Assembly (NCBI GenBank): GCA_013812695.1
Contig: JACCSZ010000180.1
Coordinates: 1-38,868 of the forward strand
Direction of reading: 5' to 3'
Length of the DNA: 38,868 nucleotides
Source of the DNA: Gemmatimonadales bacterium
GTDB taxonomy: Bacteria; Gemmatimonadota; Gemmatimonadetes; Gemmatimonadales; GWC2-71-9
Part shown: in pieces, positions 1 through 10,065 of the stretch
Numbering within the stretch: the stretch's first letter is position 1
Layout of the letters: each line of letters starts with the position of its first letter
The notes under the pieces: model-generated
What the model saw: the letters and a program-made list of their open reading frames with translations, nothing else
Told to the model about the DNA's origin: nothing
Databases searched by the model: none
Program-made: the position numbers and the translations under genes

Positions 1-1853
1 GTCCCCTTAAAGATTCCCTCGCGGATGCGGACGGCCTTGGCCGACGCTCTCGGATCGAGATCCAGCCGGCTCTCCACCCGCGCCGCCAGCCGCACGGTGC
101 CGTTGAGCGTCTGCGTCTGCCCCTCGCGCCGGATCTGGATCGGGAGCGGCTGGCCCTCCGCCGTGCGAAACCGTTCGCGGAACTTGGCCCCGAACTCGGG
201 ATCGGTGATCGCGACGTCGCCGAGCGCGAGCAGAACGTCGCCGGTGCGGACCCCGGCCTCCTGCGCGGCGCCGCCCGGCAGCACCTGTACCACCACGATC
301 GCGCCGGCCGAATCCCGACCAGCGGCGAGCCCCAGCCTCGGTTCGCGGATGGTGTCGGAGACGGCCCGAAGGCCGCCCAGCGGCAGGGTCTCCGCCCACG
401 GGTACGGCTCCCGGCCGTCCACGTACCGGGCGGCGAACTCGGTGAAGCTGCGGCCGCCGGCGGCCTTCGTCACGGCCCGCCACCACTCCGCGCCGGTGAA
501 GCCGCGCCCGGCCTTGTAGGTGGTGCGGTAGACCTCGCGCATCACCTCGTCGAGCGACCGGCGATTGTCGCTGGCGTCGCGGATCAGGATGTCGAGCAGG
601 AAGCCCGCGAGCGAGCCTTTCTGGTAGTAGATGTACTGGCTGCCGTCGGTCGAGTGAATCCAGGTCGAGAGCGACGCATCCTCGAGCGCGGTCGGGGGGT
701 TCTGTGCCACGGCCGCGATCTTCCCACCCGTCGCGCGCAGGAACTGCTCGACCCCGACGATGCCGCCACGCAGGATGGCGAGGTCCGCGTAGTAGTCCGT
801 GATCCCCTCGCTCACCCACAGCCAGACCGTGGGCGCGGGCCGGTCGTATCGGTAGGGCACGAGGTCGGCCGGCCGAAGCCGCTTGACGTTCCAGGCGTGA
901 AAGATCTCGTGTGCGGTGATCGAGGCCAGGACCGGGTCGCCAATGAACCCGGGGCTGTAGATCCCGACATGCGAGTTCCCGTGCTCGAGCGCGCTGCCGC
1001 CGCCGAACGCGGAGTCGAAGATCATCATGACGGTGTAGTGCGGCCAGGGCGTCTCCTTGAAGACGGCGGCCTGGGGCGGGATCATCTTGCCGATCTGGTC
1101 CCACACCTGGCTCCGCGCCGACCCGGCCAGCGCGCCGGCCGGATACGTTGCCAAGCGCGTCCACACCCCCGCCACCCGGGTGCTGTCGAAGTCGACCCGG
1201 CCGATGAAGAACGGCTTGTCGACCAGGTCGTGGTAGTTGGCTTCGCGGTACGTTCCCGCCTGCTGCGGCACCGCCTGCATCCCGGTGGCCACGAGCCAGG
1301 CCGGCTCGGTCCTGACGACCACCGTAGCGGGGAAGTTGGTGCCACGGCCTTCGGGGTACGGCAGCACGTTGGTGCCGTTGAACAGCGCGAAGTCGCGCCG
1401 GGCCCAGGCCATCGCGTTGTCGAGCGTGTCAGCCAGGTAGTCGAAGCGGACGCTGACCGACTTGGCCCCGGCCGGCTGCACGCGCCAGGTGTCGTAGTCG
1501 AGCTTGTCCCACACCAGCGCGGGGGCGTCCGCTCGCGCGTCGGTGCCGGCCACGGGCCTGAAGCCTGAGACCCAGCGCGCGAAGTAGCTCAGCTCGTATG
1601 CGCCAGGAGTCCACGCCGGCAGCGACAACAGCACCGGGCCCGGACCGGCGACGTCGAAGCGCATGACGACCTCGAGCGTCCGGCGCTGCGCGGTGCTGGA
1701 ATCAAAGGTGATCTCGTAGCGCAGGTTGGTGAGCGGGGCGGAGTGCGGCGCCGCCACCGGCTGCTGCGCGGTCACCGTCGTGCACGCGGCGGTCATCCAC
1801 ACCGCGGCGAGGCAAGCGGAGTACGTCACTCGGGGTCTTTCGATGTTGGTCAT
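1..1853 (-). CDS. M61 family (glycyl) metalloaminopeptidase with C-terminal PDZ domain; 3' end runs off the window
   Basis: Missing from the ORF track because there is no stop in the window. Translated by hand from ATG at 1853: signal-like N-terminus, LSLPAWTPGAY, SALEHGNS, HEIFH (HExxH) then AWNVKRLRP, LWVSEGITDYY, YYQKGSLAGFLLDI, PDZ-like GGAAQEAGVRTGD. The frame stays open to position 3. Confidence 0.9.
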   Translation of the reverse strand, partial: MTNIERPRVTYSACLAAVWMTAACTTVTAQQPVAAPHSAPLTNLRYEITFDSSTAQRRTLEVVMRFDVAGPGPVLLSLPAWTPGAYELSYFARWVSGFRPVAGTDARADAPALVWDKLDYDTWRVQPAGAKSVSVRFDYLADTLDNAMAWARRDFALFNGTNVLPYPEGRGTNFPATVVVRTEPAWLVATGMQAVPQQAGTYREANYHDLVDKPFFIGRVDFDSTRVAGVWTRLATYPAGALAGSARSQVWDQIGKMIPPQAAVFKETPWPHYTVMMIFDSAFGGGSALEHGNSHVGIYSPGFIGDPVLASITAHEIFHAWNVKRLRPADLVPYRYDRPAPTVWLWVSEGITDYYADLAILRGGIVGVEQFLRATGGKIAAVAQNPPTALEDASLSTWIHSTDGSQYIYYQKGSLAGFLLDILIRDASDNRRSLDEVMREVYRTTYKAGRGFTGAEWWRAVTKAAGGRSFTEFAARYVDGREPYPWAETLPLGGLRAVSDTIREPRLGLAAGRDSAGAIVVVQVLPGGAAQEAGVRTGDVLLALGDVAITDPEFGAKFRERFRTAEGQPLPIQIRREGQTQTLNGTVRLAARVESRLDLDPRASAKAVRIREGIFKG

Positions 1854-1871
1854 GAGACTTAAGCCCTCGCC

Positions 1872-1968
1872 GTCATCCTGAGCGGAGCGAAGGATCGGGC
1901 AGTCGAGCGAGTGAGCCTCGAGCGTCACTCGCATGCGTCAGCCGATCCTTCGCTCCGCTCAGGATGAC
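1872..1968. repeat. REP-like palindromic element, copy 1
   Basis: Perfect 27-bp inverted repeat GTCATCCTGAGCGGAGCGAAGGATCGG (1872-1898) / CCGATCCTTCGCTCCGCTCAGGATGAC (1942-1968), with an inner stem GCGAGTGA/TCACTCGC. The same arms recur at about 15595 and 24470. Confidence 0.9.
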
Positions 1969-1978
1969 AGGGCGCACC

Positions 1979-3253
1979 TCAAGCATCCGACCCCGCGGGC
2001 ACAGCGGCATGCCCGGGCTGGAAGGCGGACATAGGCGTCTCCGTTCCGAGCTCCCCCTCCCACCGGGCCATGACCGCCGTGGCCAGGCAGTTGCCGACCA
2101 AATTCACCATGGTGCGCGCCATGTCCATCAGCTCGTCCACGCCCAGAATGACCGCCACGCCCTCGAGCGGCAGGCCGAACGCCGTGAGCGTGCCCGAGAG
2201 CACCACCAGCGAGGCCCGCGGCACGGCCGCGATGCCTTTGCTGGTGATGAGCAGTGTCAGCATCATCAGGAGCTGCTGGCCGACCGTCAGCTCGACGCCG
2301 GCGGCCTGGGCCACGAAGATCGATGCGACGCCCAGATAAAGCGTCGAGCCGTCCAGGTTGAAGGAGTAGCCGGTCGGCATGACGAAGGCCACGATGCGTC
2401 GCGGCACCCCGAACTCGGTCATCCGCTGCATCGCGAGCGGGAGCGCGGCGTCGGAGGACGTCGTGGTGAAGGCGATGATCGCGGGGTCCTTCACCGCGCG
2501 TATGAACCGGGGGATCGAGATCCGGGCGATCAGCGCCGCCGGGACCAGCGCCACCAGCGCGAAGACGATCAGCGCACCGTACAGCGTCGCCACCAGGAGC
2601 CCGAGATTCTTGAGCACCTGGATGCCGCTGTGGCTCACCGTGACCGCCATGGCGGCACCGATGCCGATCGGGGCGTACCGCATGACGATCCCGACGAACT
2701 TGAACATCACCTCCATCAGTCCTTCGGAGACGCCGAGGATGACTTCCTTCGGCCGGCCGCGCACCTGGGTCAGCGCAATGGCGAAGAGAGTGGCCCAGAA
2801 GACCACCTGCAGCACCTCGTTGTCCGCCGCCGCCTCGAAGAAGCTCCGGGGCACGACGTGCTCGAGAAACCCGCCGAAGGTGGTGGGCGCCGGCTTGGGG
2901 ATCGCGGCGTTGGCGTCCGGGGCCGGGAGGATCACGCCGATGCCGGGCCGGGTGAGGTTGACCGCAACCAGGCCGATGGCCAGCGCGACCGTGGTCATCA
3001 GCCAGAAGTAGCTGATCGACTTGACCGCGAGGCGGCCGATGCGCTTGAGATCGTCGCCGTGGCCGGCGATCCCGACGACCAGGGTCCCGAAGATGATCGG
3101 CACCACGACCGACTTGATCATCCGGAGGAAAACGTTCGACAGCGGCTTGAGCGACGCCGCAAACTCGGGGGCCAGCCAGCCGACCAGGATGCCCACGCCC
3201 ATCCCGATGAAGATCCACCAGGTGAGCGACAGACTCCGAAGCGCGCGGAGCAT
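1979..3253 (-). CDS. Dicarboxylate/amino acid:cation symporter (DAACS, GltP/DctA family)
   Basis: [17 protein letters not shown] start overlaps the tal stop (TGATG). Motifs FLRMIKSVVVP, AFTTTSSDAALP, GYSFNLDGSTLY, LTSKG-like ITSKG, MDMARTMVNLVGN; many TM helices. Confidence 0.92.
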   Translation of the reverse strand: MLRALRSLSLTWWIFIGMGVGILVGWLAPEFAASLKPLSNVFLRMIKSVVVPIIFGTLVVGIAGHGDDLKRIGRLAVKSISYFWLMTTVALAIGLVAVNLTRPGIGVILPAPDANAAIPKPAPTTFGGFLEHVVPRSFFEAAADNEVLQVVFWATLFAIALTQVRGRPKEVILGVSEGLMEVMFKFVGIVMRYAPIGIGAAMAVTVSHSGIQVLKNLGLLVATLYGALIVFALVALVPAALIARISIPRFIRAVKDPAIIAFTTTSSDAALPLAMQRMTEFGVPRRIVAFVMPTGYSFNLDGSTLYLGVASIFVAQAAGVELTVGQQLLMMLTLLITSKGIAAVPRASLVVLSGTLTAFGLPLEGVAVILGVDELMDMARTMVNLVGNCLATAVMARWEGELGTETPMSAFQPGHAAVPAGSDA

Positions 3254-4380
3254 CAGCGGCCGACCAGTGCCTCGGCCTTCGCGTCGATCCCGTCCAGGAG
3301 CGACGCATACGACGCCGCGAACTTGGCGACCCCGTCCGTCTCCAGCTCCCGCGTGACCGCGGCGAGGTCGATGCCCAGCGCTCCCAGCGCCTCGAGCTGC
3401 GCCGGGGCCGCCGCCATTCCCTCCTGGATGCGCACTTCCGGGTTGCCATGATCGCGGTAGGCCGCGAACGTCTCCGGCGGCAGCGTGTTGACCGTGTGCG
3501 GCGCCACGAGTGCCTCGACGTAGTGCAGGTCGGAATAGCGCGGGTCCTTGGTGCTGGTCGAGGCCCAGAGCGGCCGCTGCGGGCGGGCGCCCGCCGCCGT
3601 CAGACGGTCCCAGCGTGCCGTGGCGATGGACGCCTCGAACAGGCGGTACGCGTCGCACGCGTTGGCGATGGCGATCCGGCCGCGGAGGCCCTTGGGGTCG
3701 TCGAGCCGGTCCAGCAGTGGATCGACCTTGCCGTCGACGCGGCTCACGAAGAAGCTCGCGACCGACGTGATCGGGCGGAGCGGCAGGCCCGCGTCGAGCC
3801 GGCGCTCGAGCCCGGTCAGAAACGCCTCGATGACCTCGGCGTAGCGCTCCACTGAGAATAAGAGCGTGACGTTGATGCTGATGCCGGCCGCGATGCTATC
3901 GGTAATCGCCGGCAGGCCCTCGGCCGTGCCCGGGATCTTGATCATCGCATTGGGCCGGTCGAGCGCGCGCCAGAGCCGTTCCGCCTCGTGGGTCGTCGCG
4001 TCGGTATCGTTGGCCAGGGTGGGCGATACCTCGAGGGAGACCAGGCCGTCGCCGCCGCCGGCCGCCTCGTAGACGCCCGCGAAGGCGTCGCACGCGGACC
4101 GCACGTCGGCGACGGCCAGGCGCTCGAAGATGTTCTGCGCGTCGCTGCCCGCGTCCGCCAGCGCGCGGATCTCGGCATCGTACAGCCGGCTGCCGGCGAT
4201 GGCTTTCTCGAAGATCGTCGGGTTGGAGGTCATGCCGCGGAGCCCGTCGTCCGCGATGAGGCGCGTCAGCTCGCCGGCCGTCACGAGATCGCGCGTGATG
4301 TAATCGTACCACGGGCTCTGGCCGAGCTCGCCCAAGCGCGCAAGCGGGTTTGCCCCCGGTGACTGCTGGTCGGTCGTCAT
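3253..4380 (-). CDS. tal: Transaldolase (long, mycobacterial/plant-type)
   Basis: Starts [13 protein letters not shown]. Motifs [33 protein letters not shown] (Schiff-base Lys), [34 protein letters not shown] overlap with tkt. Confidence 0.95.
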   Translation of the reverse strand: MTTDQQSPGANPLARLGELGQSPWYDYITRDLVTAGELTRLIADDGLRGMTSNPTIFEKAIAGSRLYDAEIRALADAGSDAQNIFERLAVADVRSACDAFAGVYEAAGGGDGLVSLEVSPTLANDTDATTHEAERLWRALDRPNAMIKIPGTAEGLPAITDSIAAGISINVTLLFSVERYAEVIEAFLTGLERRLDAGLPLRPITSVASFFVSRVDGKVDPLLDRLDDPKGLRGRIAIANACDAYRLFEASIATARWDRLTAAGARPQRPLWASTSTKDPRYSDLHYVEALVAPHTVNTLPPETFAAYRDHGNPEVRIQEGMAAAPAQLEALGALGIDLAAVTRELETDGVAKFAASYASLLDGIDAKAEALVGR

Positions 4381-6482
4381 GTGCTTCCCTCGCTCCGGCT
4401 CGGGGCATGCCTCGTTGCGAGCAGCCGCCGCACGATGCCGGCGGCCCGCTCGGGGGTGAACTTGAACTCTTCGAACAGCCGGTCGCCGGGGGCGGAGGCG
4501 CCGAAGCCCTCCATAGCGAGCATCGCCCCGTCGTCGGTGGTCCAGCGCTCCCATCCGAACGGCGACGCCGCTTCGATGCCGAGCCGCACACGCACGCCCG
4601 GCGGCAGCACCTGATGCCGGTAGCTCTCGGGCTCGGCGGCGAACAGCTCCCACGAGGGCATCGAGACCACCCGCACGCGCACCCGGTCGGCCTGCAGCAG
4701 CCGCGCGGCGGCCAGCGCCACGTGCACTTCGGAGCCGGTGGCGATCAGGATCGCCTGCGGCGTCCCGCCCGGCGGATCGAGCAGCACGTACCCGCCGCGC
4801 GCCACGTGCCCGGCGGCGCCCAAGACCGTGCGGTCGAGTACGGGAAGCTTCTGCCGGCTGAGCACGAGCAGCGTCGGCCCGGCGGTCCGCGCGGCCGCCA
4901 CACGCCATGCCTCGATCGTCTCGGTGCCGTCGGCCGGCCGGAGCACCACCAGGTTGGGGATGGCGCGGAGCATCGCCAGATGCTCGATCGGCTGATGGGT
5001 GGGCCCGTCCTCGCCCACGCCGATGGAGTCGTGCGTTCCGATGATGATGACCGGCAGCCGCATGATCGCCGCCAATCGGATGGACGGCTTCATGTAGTCG
5101 GAGAAGACCAGGAAGGTGCTGCCGAATGGCCGGAGCCCGCCGTGCGCGGCGATGCCGTTGAGGCACGCAGCCATCCCGTGCTCGCGCACGCCCCAGTGGA
5201 ACGTGCGGCCCGTCGTGGTGGGGCCGAAGACCCCGGCTTGCTTGAGCATGGTGCCGGTGCTCCCGCCGAGATCGGCCGAGCCGCCGATCAGGTTGGGGAC
5301 CGCGGCGGCAATCGCCTGCAGCGCGAGGCCCGAGGCCTGCCGGGTGGCGAGGGGGCCGCTGTCGGGCGTGAGCGCGGGGAGTCCACGATCCCAGCCATCG
5401 GGCAGCGCGCCCGAGAGCCACTGCCGCAGCTCGCCCGCGGCCTCGGCGTGGTCGGCCGTGTAGGCGGCCAGACGCGTGCGCCACTCGGTCTCCGCCGCGA
5501 TGCCCCGTGGCACCGCCTCGCGCCAGTGATTCAGCGCGTCGTCGGGGACGTGAAACGCCGGCTCCACAGGCCAGCCCATGATCTCCTTGGTGCGGCGCAC
5601 CTCCTCGGCGCCGAGCGGCTCGCCGTGGGCCTTGGCCGTATTGCGCTTGGTTGGCGCCGGATCGGCGATGTAGGTGCGGACGATGACGAGCGTCGGCCGG
5701 CCGGTCTCGGCGATCGCCGCTTCGTAGGCGTCACCGATGGCGGCGAGATCGTTACCGTCGGCCACGCGGACGACGTGCCAGCCGTAGCCCTCGAACCGCC
5801 GTTGGACGTCCTCGCTGAACGAGAGCGCGGTGTCGCCGTCGATGGTGATGTGATTGTCGTCGTAGACCAGCGTCAGCTTGACCAGCCTGAGGTGCCCCGC
5901 GATCGAGGCCGCCTCGTGCGAGACGCCTTCCATCAGGTCGCCGTCGCTCACGATCGCCCAGGTGCGGTGGTCGACGATCCCGTGACCGGGCCGGTTGAAA
6001 TGCTCGGCCAGGAAGCGCTCGGCGATGGCCATGCCCGCCGCGTTCCCGATGCCCTGCCCCAGCGGGCCGGTCGTGGTTTCGACTCCCGCCGTGTGTCCCC
6101 GCTCGGGATGCCCTGGTGTCTTGGAGCTCCACTGCCGGAAGCCCCGGATGTCGTCGAGCGACAGGTCGTAGCCCGTGAGGTGCAGCACGGCGTAGAGCAG
6201 CAGCGACGCGTGCCCGCACGAGAGCACGAAGCGGTCGCGGTCGGGCCAGTCGGGATGGTGCGGCGAGTGCTTGAGGAAGCGGTGGTAGAGCACGTACGCG
6301 GCCGGAGCCAGCGCCATCGGGGTGCCCGCGTGCCCGGACTGCGCGGCCTCGACCGCGTCCATGGAGAGCGCGCGGATGGCGTTGATGCTCCGCCACGTCA
6401 CCGCCTCGGGCGCTGGCTCGGCGGCCTTGTGGGCGGTACCGGCGGCTCGCGAAGTGCGGAGGCGAGTGCTCTCTGCGGTCAG
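4377..6482 (-). CDS. tkt: Transketolase; start probably CTG at 6482 (the ORF track uses GTG at 6401)
   Basis: Motifs [37 protein letters not shown] (ThDP), [32 protein letters not shown] lies 6 nt before an in-frame CTG. Confidence 0.95.
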   Translation of the reverse strand: MTAESTRLRTSRAAGTAHKAAEPAPEAVTWRSINAIRALSMDAVEAAQSGHAGTPMALAPAAYVLYHRFLKHSPHHPDWPDRDRFVLSCGHASLLLYAVLHLTGYDLSLDDIRGFRQWSSKTPGHPERGHTAGVETTTGPLGQGIGNAAGMAIAERFLAEHFNRPGHGIVDHRTWAIVSDGDLMEGVSHEAASIAGHLRLVKLTLVYDDNHITIDGDTALSFSEDVQRRFEGYGWHVVRVADGNDLAAIGDAYEAAIAETGRPTLVIVRTYIADPAPTKRNTAKAHGEPLGAEEVRRTKEIMGWPVEPAFHVPDDALNHWREAVPRGIAAETEWRTRLAAYTADHAEAAGELRQWLSGALPDGWDRGLPALTPDSGPLATRQASGLALQAIAAAVPNLIGGSADLGGSTGTMLKQAGVFGPTTTGRTFHWGVREHGMAACLNGIAAHGGLRPFGSTFLVFSDYMKPSIRLAAIMRLPVIIIGTHDSIGVGEDGPTHQPIEHLAMLRAIPNLVVLRPADGTETIEAWRVAAARTAGPTLLVLSRQKLPVLDRTVLGAAGHVARGGYVLLDPPGGTPQAILIATGSEVHVALAAARLLQADRVRVRVVSMPSWELFAAEPESYRHQVLPPGVRVRLGIEAASPFGWERWTTDDGAMLAMEGFGASAPGDRLFEEFKFTPERAAGIVRRLLATRHAPSRSEGST

Positions 6483-6673
6483 AACCGACTCCTTTCGCGC
6501 GGATCACTGCGCCGGGCGGCGAGCGAAGCAGCGGGGAGCCGGGAAGATAACTCGCCAGGTTGAATGGCGGAAAGACGGGATCATCTCTTCCTTTTGACGG
6601 TATAACCTCCTGTCGCTCCGCCCCGGCTGCCCCTACTTTATCCCTAGCCGATGAGTCCGCCGCCGCCACGCCA

Positions 6674-7540
6674 GTGACCCGACCCGACCGGACGTACGAG
6701 ATCCACGAGGTAGCCGAGCTGACGGGCCTGGCCGCCGCGCGTCTCCGGGCGTGGGAGCGGCGCTACGAGGTGGTCCGTCCGCAGCGGATGTCCAACGGCT
6801 ACCGGGCTTACACTGCCGGGCAAGTGGCGTTGCTGCGCGCGTACGCCCGGCTGATCCAGGGGGGCGAGCGGATCGGCGATCTGGCCACCCAGCCGAGCGA
6901 GGGCGTGCTCGCCCGGGCGGAAGCGCGGTCGCTCGATGGCTCACCCCACGCGGCGCTGATGGAAGCGGTCTGCGCTTTCGACCGCGAGCGGATTGAGGGA
7001 CTCGTGGCGCAGCAGCTCGCGCTTCGCGGCCTCCGCGCCTTCGCGGAAGAGGTGGTGATGCCGCTGGCCCGATCGGTCGGCGACCTCTGGGCGCTCGGCA
7101 GGATCCCGATCGCCGCCGAGCACCTGGCCAGCGAAGTGGTGCTGCATGCGCTGAAGGGTGGGCTTCGCATGTCGCGCGGGACGGGGCCGCTGGTGGTGGG
7201 TGCCTGCCTCCCGGGGGAGCGGCACGAGTGGGGCTTTCTGGCGACGCTCGCCGTCGTGCAGGAAGATGGCTGGCGCATTCATTACCTCGGGGCCGATCTC
7301 CCGGTCGACGAAGTCGTGCAGGCGGCCTGGAAGCTCCTGCCGCAAGGGGTCGCGTTCAGCAGCAGCGATCCGGCGATCGTCCGCGCCAGCCTGCCGGCGC
7401 TCGCGCGGGTGCTCGGCAAGCTCCCGCCCAGGACGACGGCCGCCATCGGCGGGGGCGGCGTGGAGCCCCATGCACGCGTGCTGCGCGGCTACGGCTTTGT
7501 GATCGGGCTCGAGGCATTCAACAAGGCACCACCGCGATGA
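6674..7540 (+). CDS. carH: CarH/LitR-type MerR-family adenosylcobalamin-dependent photoreceptor transcriptional repressor
   Basis: N-terminal MerR HTH with RAWERRY. W-x9-EH motif (WALGRIPIAAEH). B12 motif E-x-H-x2-G-x41-S-x-S-x27-GG (ERHEWG...SSS...GG). ATGA-coupled to crtI. The GTG start at 6674 is approximate. Confidence 0.88.
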   Translation: MTRPDRTYEIHEVAELTGLAAARLRAWERRYEVVRPQRMSNGYRAYTAGQVALLRAYARLIQGGERIGDLATQPSEGVLARAEARSLDGSPHAALMEAVCAFDRERIEGLVAQQLALRGLRAFAEEVVMPLARSVGDLWALGRIPIAAEHLASEVVLHALKGGLRMSRGTGPLVVGACLPGERHEWGFLATLAVVQEDGWRIHYLGADLPVDEVVQAAWKLLPQGVAFSSSDPAIVRASLPALARVLGKLPPRTTAAIGGGGVEPHARVLRGYGFVIGLEAFNKAPPR

Positions 7541-9081
7541 CGACGACGCGTCCCATCTCCACCGGCCGTCCGGCCGCTCGTGCGCCTTCCGTCCCGGAGG
7601 ACCCGGCGCGCCAGGTCCTCGTGATCGGCGCCGGGCTGGGTGGGCTGGCCGCCGCGATCCGGCTCCGGCACCGCGGCTTCCGGGTCACGGTGCTCGAGCG
7701 CCACCCGCACCCGGGTGGCCGCTGCGGACTGTGGGAATCGGAGGGGTTCCGGTTCGACACCGGCCCCACGCTGCTCCTGATGGTCGACTACCTGCGGGCG
7801 CTCTTCCGCGAAGTGGGCCGGCCGCTCGAGGACTATCTCGAACTGCGGCAGCTCGACCCCAACTACCGGGTCCACTACGCCGACGGCAGCACCCTCGACG
7901 TCACCAGCCGCCTCAACGCGCTGCTCGAGGGGGTCGAGCGGATCGAGCCCGGGGTGACGCCGCGGTTCCTGCGCTTCCTGTCGGCGACGGCGCAGCTCTA
8001 TCGCATCGGCCTCGACGGCTTCGTCGATCGCAACATCCACCGCCGCGGCGACTTCTTCAACTTGAAGAACGCGGGCCGCCTGCTGCGCGCGCGCGCCATG
8101 GAGCGGCTGCAGCGCATGATGCGCCGCTACTTCCGGTCGGAAAAGCTGCGGCACACGTTCAGCTTTCAGTCGCTCTACCTGGGCCTCTCGCCGTTCGACT
8201 CCCCCGCCATCTACAGCCTGCTCCCGTACACCGAAGTGGCCGGCGGCCTGTACTTTCCCATGGGCGGGATGCACGCCATGCCCCGCGCGCTGGCGCGGCT
8301 CGCCGAGGAGCTCGGCGTGCGGATCGAGTATGGCCGTGACGTCCGCGCCCTCGAGCGCGCGGACGGGCGCATCTGCGCGGTGCAGCTCGCCGACGGCTCG
8401 CGCCTGCCCGCCGACCTGGTGCTCGCCAACGCCGATCTTCCGTACGTGTACGAGACGCTGCTGAGAGAGAAATACCCGCGGATCGACCGCTTCGATTTCA
8501 GTTGCTCCGCGTTCCTGATGTACCTCGGCGTGAACCGTCGCTATCCCGACCTCACGCACCACGCGCTCGTGGTACCGCGTGACCTCCGGGCCACCTGCGA
8601 CGATATCTTCTCCGGGCGCGTGCCGGGGGATCCGGCGTACTACGTCTGCAATCCCAGCAAGACCGATCCGAGCCTCGCGCCGCCCGGCTGCGAGAACATC
8701 TACGTGCTGGTGCCCGTACCGAGCCAGTTGCCCGGCCGGGAGATCGACTGGTCCATCGAAGGACCCCGGCTCGAGGCGGCCATGCTGGAGCGGCTCGAGC
8801 GCTTCGGGCTGACGGACCTTCGCCGCCACATCGTCACGCGGCGCACGTTTTCGCCGGTCGACTTCACCCACGACTTCTCCGCCACCCGCGGGGAGGCCTT
8901 CGGGCTGGCGCACGGCATCGACCAGGTCGGCTTCTTCCGGCCGCACAACCGGCATCCGCGGTTCGAGAACCTCTACTTCGTGGGCCAGAGCACGCACCCG
9001 GGCTGTGGGATCCCGATGGTGCTGATTTCCTCACGGCTGGTTGTCGAGCGCATGGCCGCCGAGCAGGCGGTGCGGCCGTGA
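7537..9081 (+). CDS. crtI: Phytoene desaturase family (CrtI-type) FAD oxidoreductase
   Basis: VIGAGLGGLAAA dinucleotide fold, GFRFDTGPT, FSFQSLYLGLSP, FPMGGM, C-terminal NLYFVGQSTHPGCGIPMVLIS. Sits between carH and crtB. Confidence 0.88.
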   Translation: MTTTRPISTGRPAARAPSVPEDPARQVLVIGAGLGGLAAAIRLRHRGFRVTVLERHPHPGGRCGLWESEGFRFDTGPTLLLMVDYLRALFREVGRPLEDYLELRQLDPNYRVHYADGSTLDVTSRLNALLEGVERIEPGVTPRFLRFLSATAQLYRIGLDGFVDRNIHRRGDFFNLKNAGRLLRARAMERLQRMMRRYFRSEKLRHTFSFQSLYLGLSPFDSPAIYSLLPYTEVAGGLYFPMGGMHAMPRALARLAEELGVRIEYGRDVRALERADGRICAVQLADGSRLPADLVLANADLPYVYETLLREKYPRIDRFDFSCSAFLMYLGVNRRYPDLTHHALVVPRDLRATCDDIFSGRVPGDPAYYVCNPSKTDPSLAPPGCENIYVLVPVPSQLPGREIDWSIEGPRLEAAMLERLERFGLTDLRRHIVTRRTFSPVDFTHDFSATRGEAFGLAHGIDQVGFFRPHNRHPRFENLYFVGQSTHPGCGIPMVLISSRLVVERMAAEQAVRP

Positions 9082-9980
9082 GCGCCTGGGCGCTCGAGCG
9101 CAGCTATCTCCGGGCGGAGCGCGCGACGGCGGTGTGGGCGCGCAGCTTCTACTTCGCCAGCCGCTTCCTGCCCGCCGAGAAGAAACGGGCGGTATTCGCG
9201 CTGTACGACTACTGCCGCCATGCCGACAACCTGGTCGACGCGCGCGGCGATCGCGCGCGGGCGGAGGTGCTGTCCGACCTCGAGGCGCTCGGCGCCACGG
9301 TCCGCGCCCTCCACGCCGGCGCCGCGTCCCCCGGCGACCGGTGGCTCGCCCTGGCCGACACCCTGCGCCGCTGCGACGTCCCGCTCGAGCCGCTGCTCGA
9401 GCTACTCGACGGCGTGGCGATGGATCTGGACGACGTGGCGTTCCCCGACTACTCCTCGCTCCACCGCTACTGCCGGCTCGTGGCCGGGGGTGTCGGCCTC
9501 ATGCTCGGTCCGGTGCTCGGCGCCGCCCCGCACCGGTTCCGGGAGCCGGGCGTCGGGCTCGGCGTGGCCATGCAGCTCACCAACGTCCTCCGAGACGTGG
9601 GCGAGGACCTCGACGCCGGCAGGCTCTACCTCCCCGCCGACGAGCTGGCGCGGTTCGATCTCGGCCGGGCCGCGCTCGAGCGGCGCGAGGCCACGCCCGA
9701 ATTCGCGGCCTTCATGCGGTTCCAGATCTCCCGCGCCCGAGCCCTCTTCGACGCCGCCGACCAGGTCGTCGACCTGTTCCCGCCCGACGGCTCCCGGGTC
9801 ACCGTCCGCCTGCTGCAGCGCACGTACGCCGGAATTCTCGATGGCATCGAGCGACTCGGTTACGACGTGTTCCGGACGCGCGCGTACGTGTCCGGCCCGC
9901 GGAAGCTGATCATCCTCGGCCGCGCCATATGGGCCGAGCGGCCGCTTCGGTCCACCCTGTCGTGGGCCCGGCCCGCGTAG
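9078..9980 (+). CDS. crtB: Phytoene synthase
   Basis: ARSFYFASRFLP, YDYCRHADNLVD, YCRLVAGGVG, AMQLTNVLRDVGEDLDAGRLYLP. GTGA overlap with crtI. Confidence 0.92.
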   Translation: MSAWALERSYLRAERATAVWARSFYFASRFLPAEKKRAVFALYDYCRHADNLVDARGDRARAEVLSDLEALGATVRALHAGAASPGDRWLALADTLRRCDVPLEPLLELLDGVAMDLDDVAFPDYSSLHRYCRLVAGGVGLMLGPVLGAAPHRFREPGVGLGVAMQLTNVLRDVGEDLDAGRLYLPADELARFDLGRAALERREATPEFAAFMRFQISRARALFDAADQVVDLFPPDGSRVTVRLLQRTYAGILDGIERLGYDVFRTRAYVSGPRKLIILGRAIWAERPLRSTLSWARPA

Positions 9981-10065
9981 CGGAAATGATCCGTAACCCC
10001 GCGCGCAGGGCAGCGCAACAGCCTCAGGTGTCGGACGTAGCCGAGCACAGACGACGGAGGCGACT

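Noticed and set aside
3253-5484. 743-aa ORF suggesting an extended or fused transaldolase
   Set aside because: The upstream part is an off-frame read of tkt; tal starts at 4380 with an ATGA overlap.
4350-6563. 737-aa plus-strand ORF and similar long ORFs (17199-19706, 25878-28046, 29572-31698, 10024-11667, 7489-8997)
   Set aside because: They are antisense shadows of well-supported genes, expected at high GC, and carry no family motifs.
6483-6673. CarH operator (11-bp phased repeats) and promoter from TTGACG/TATAAC at 6594-6606
   Set aside because: The two hexamers are only 1 nt apart and I could not find convincing 11-bp-phased repeats, so the operator is left uncalled.
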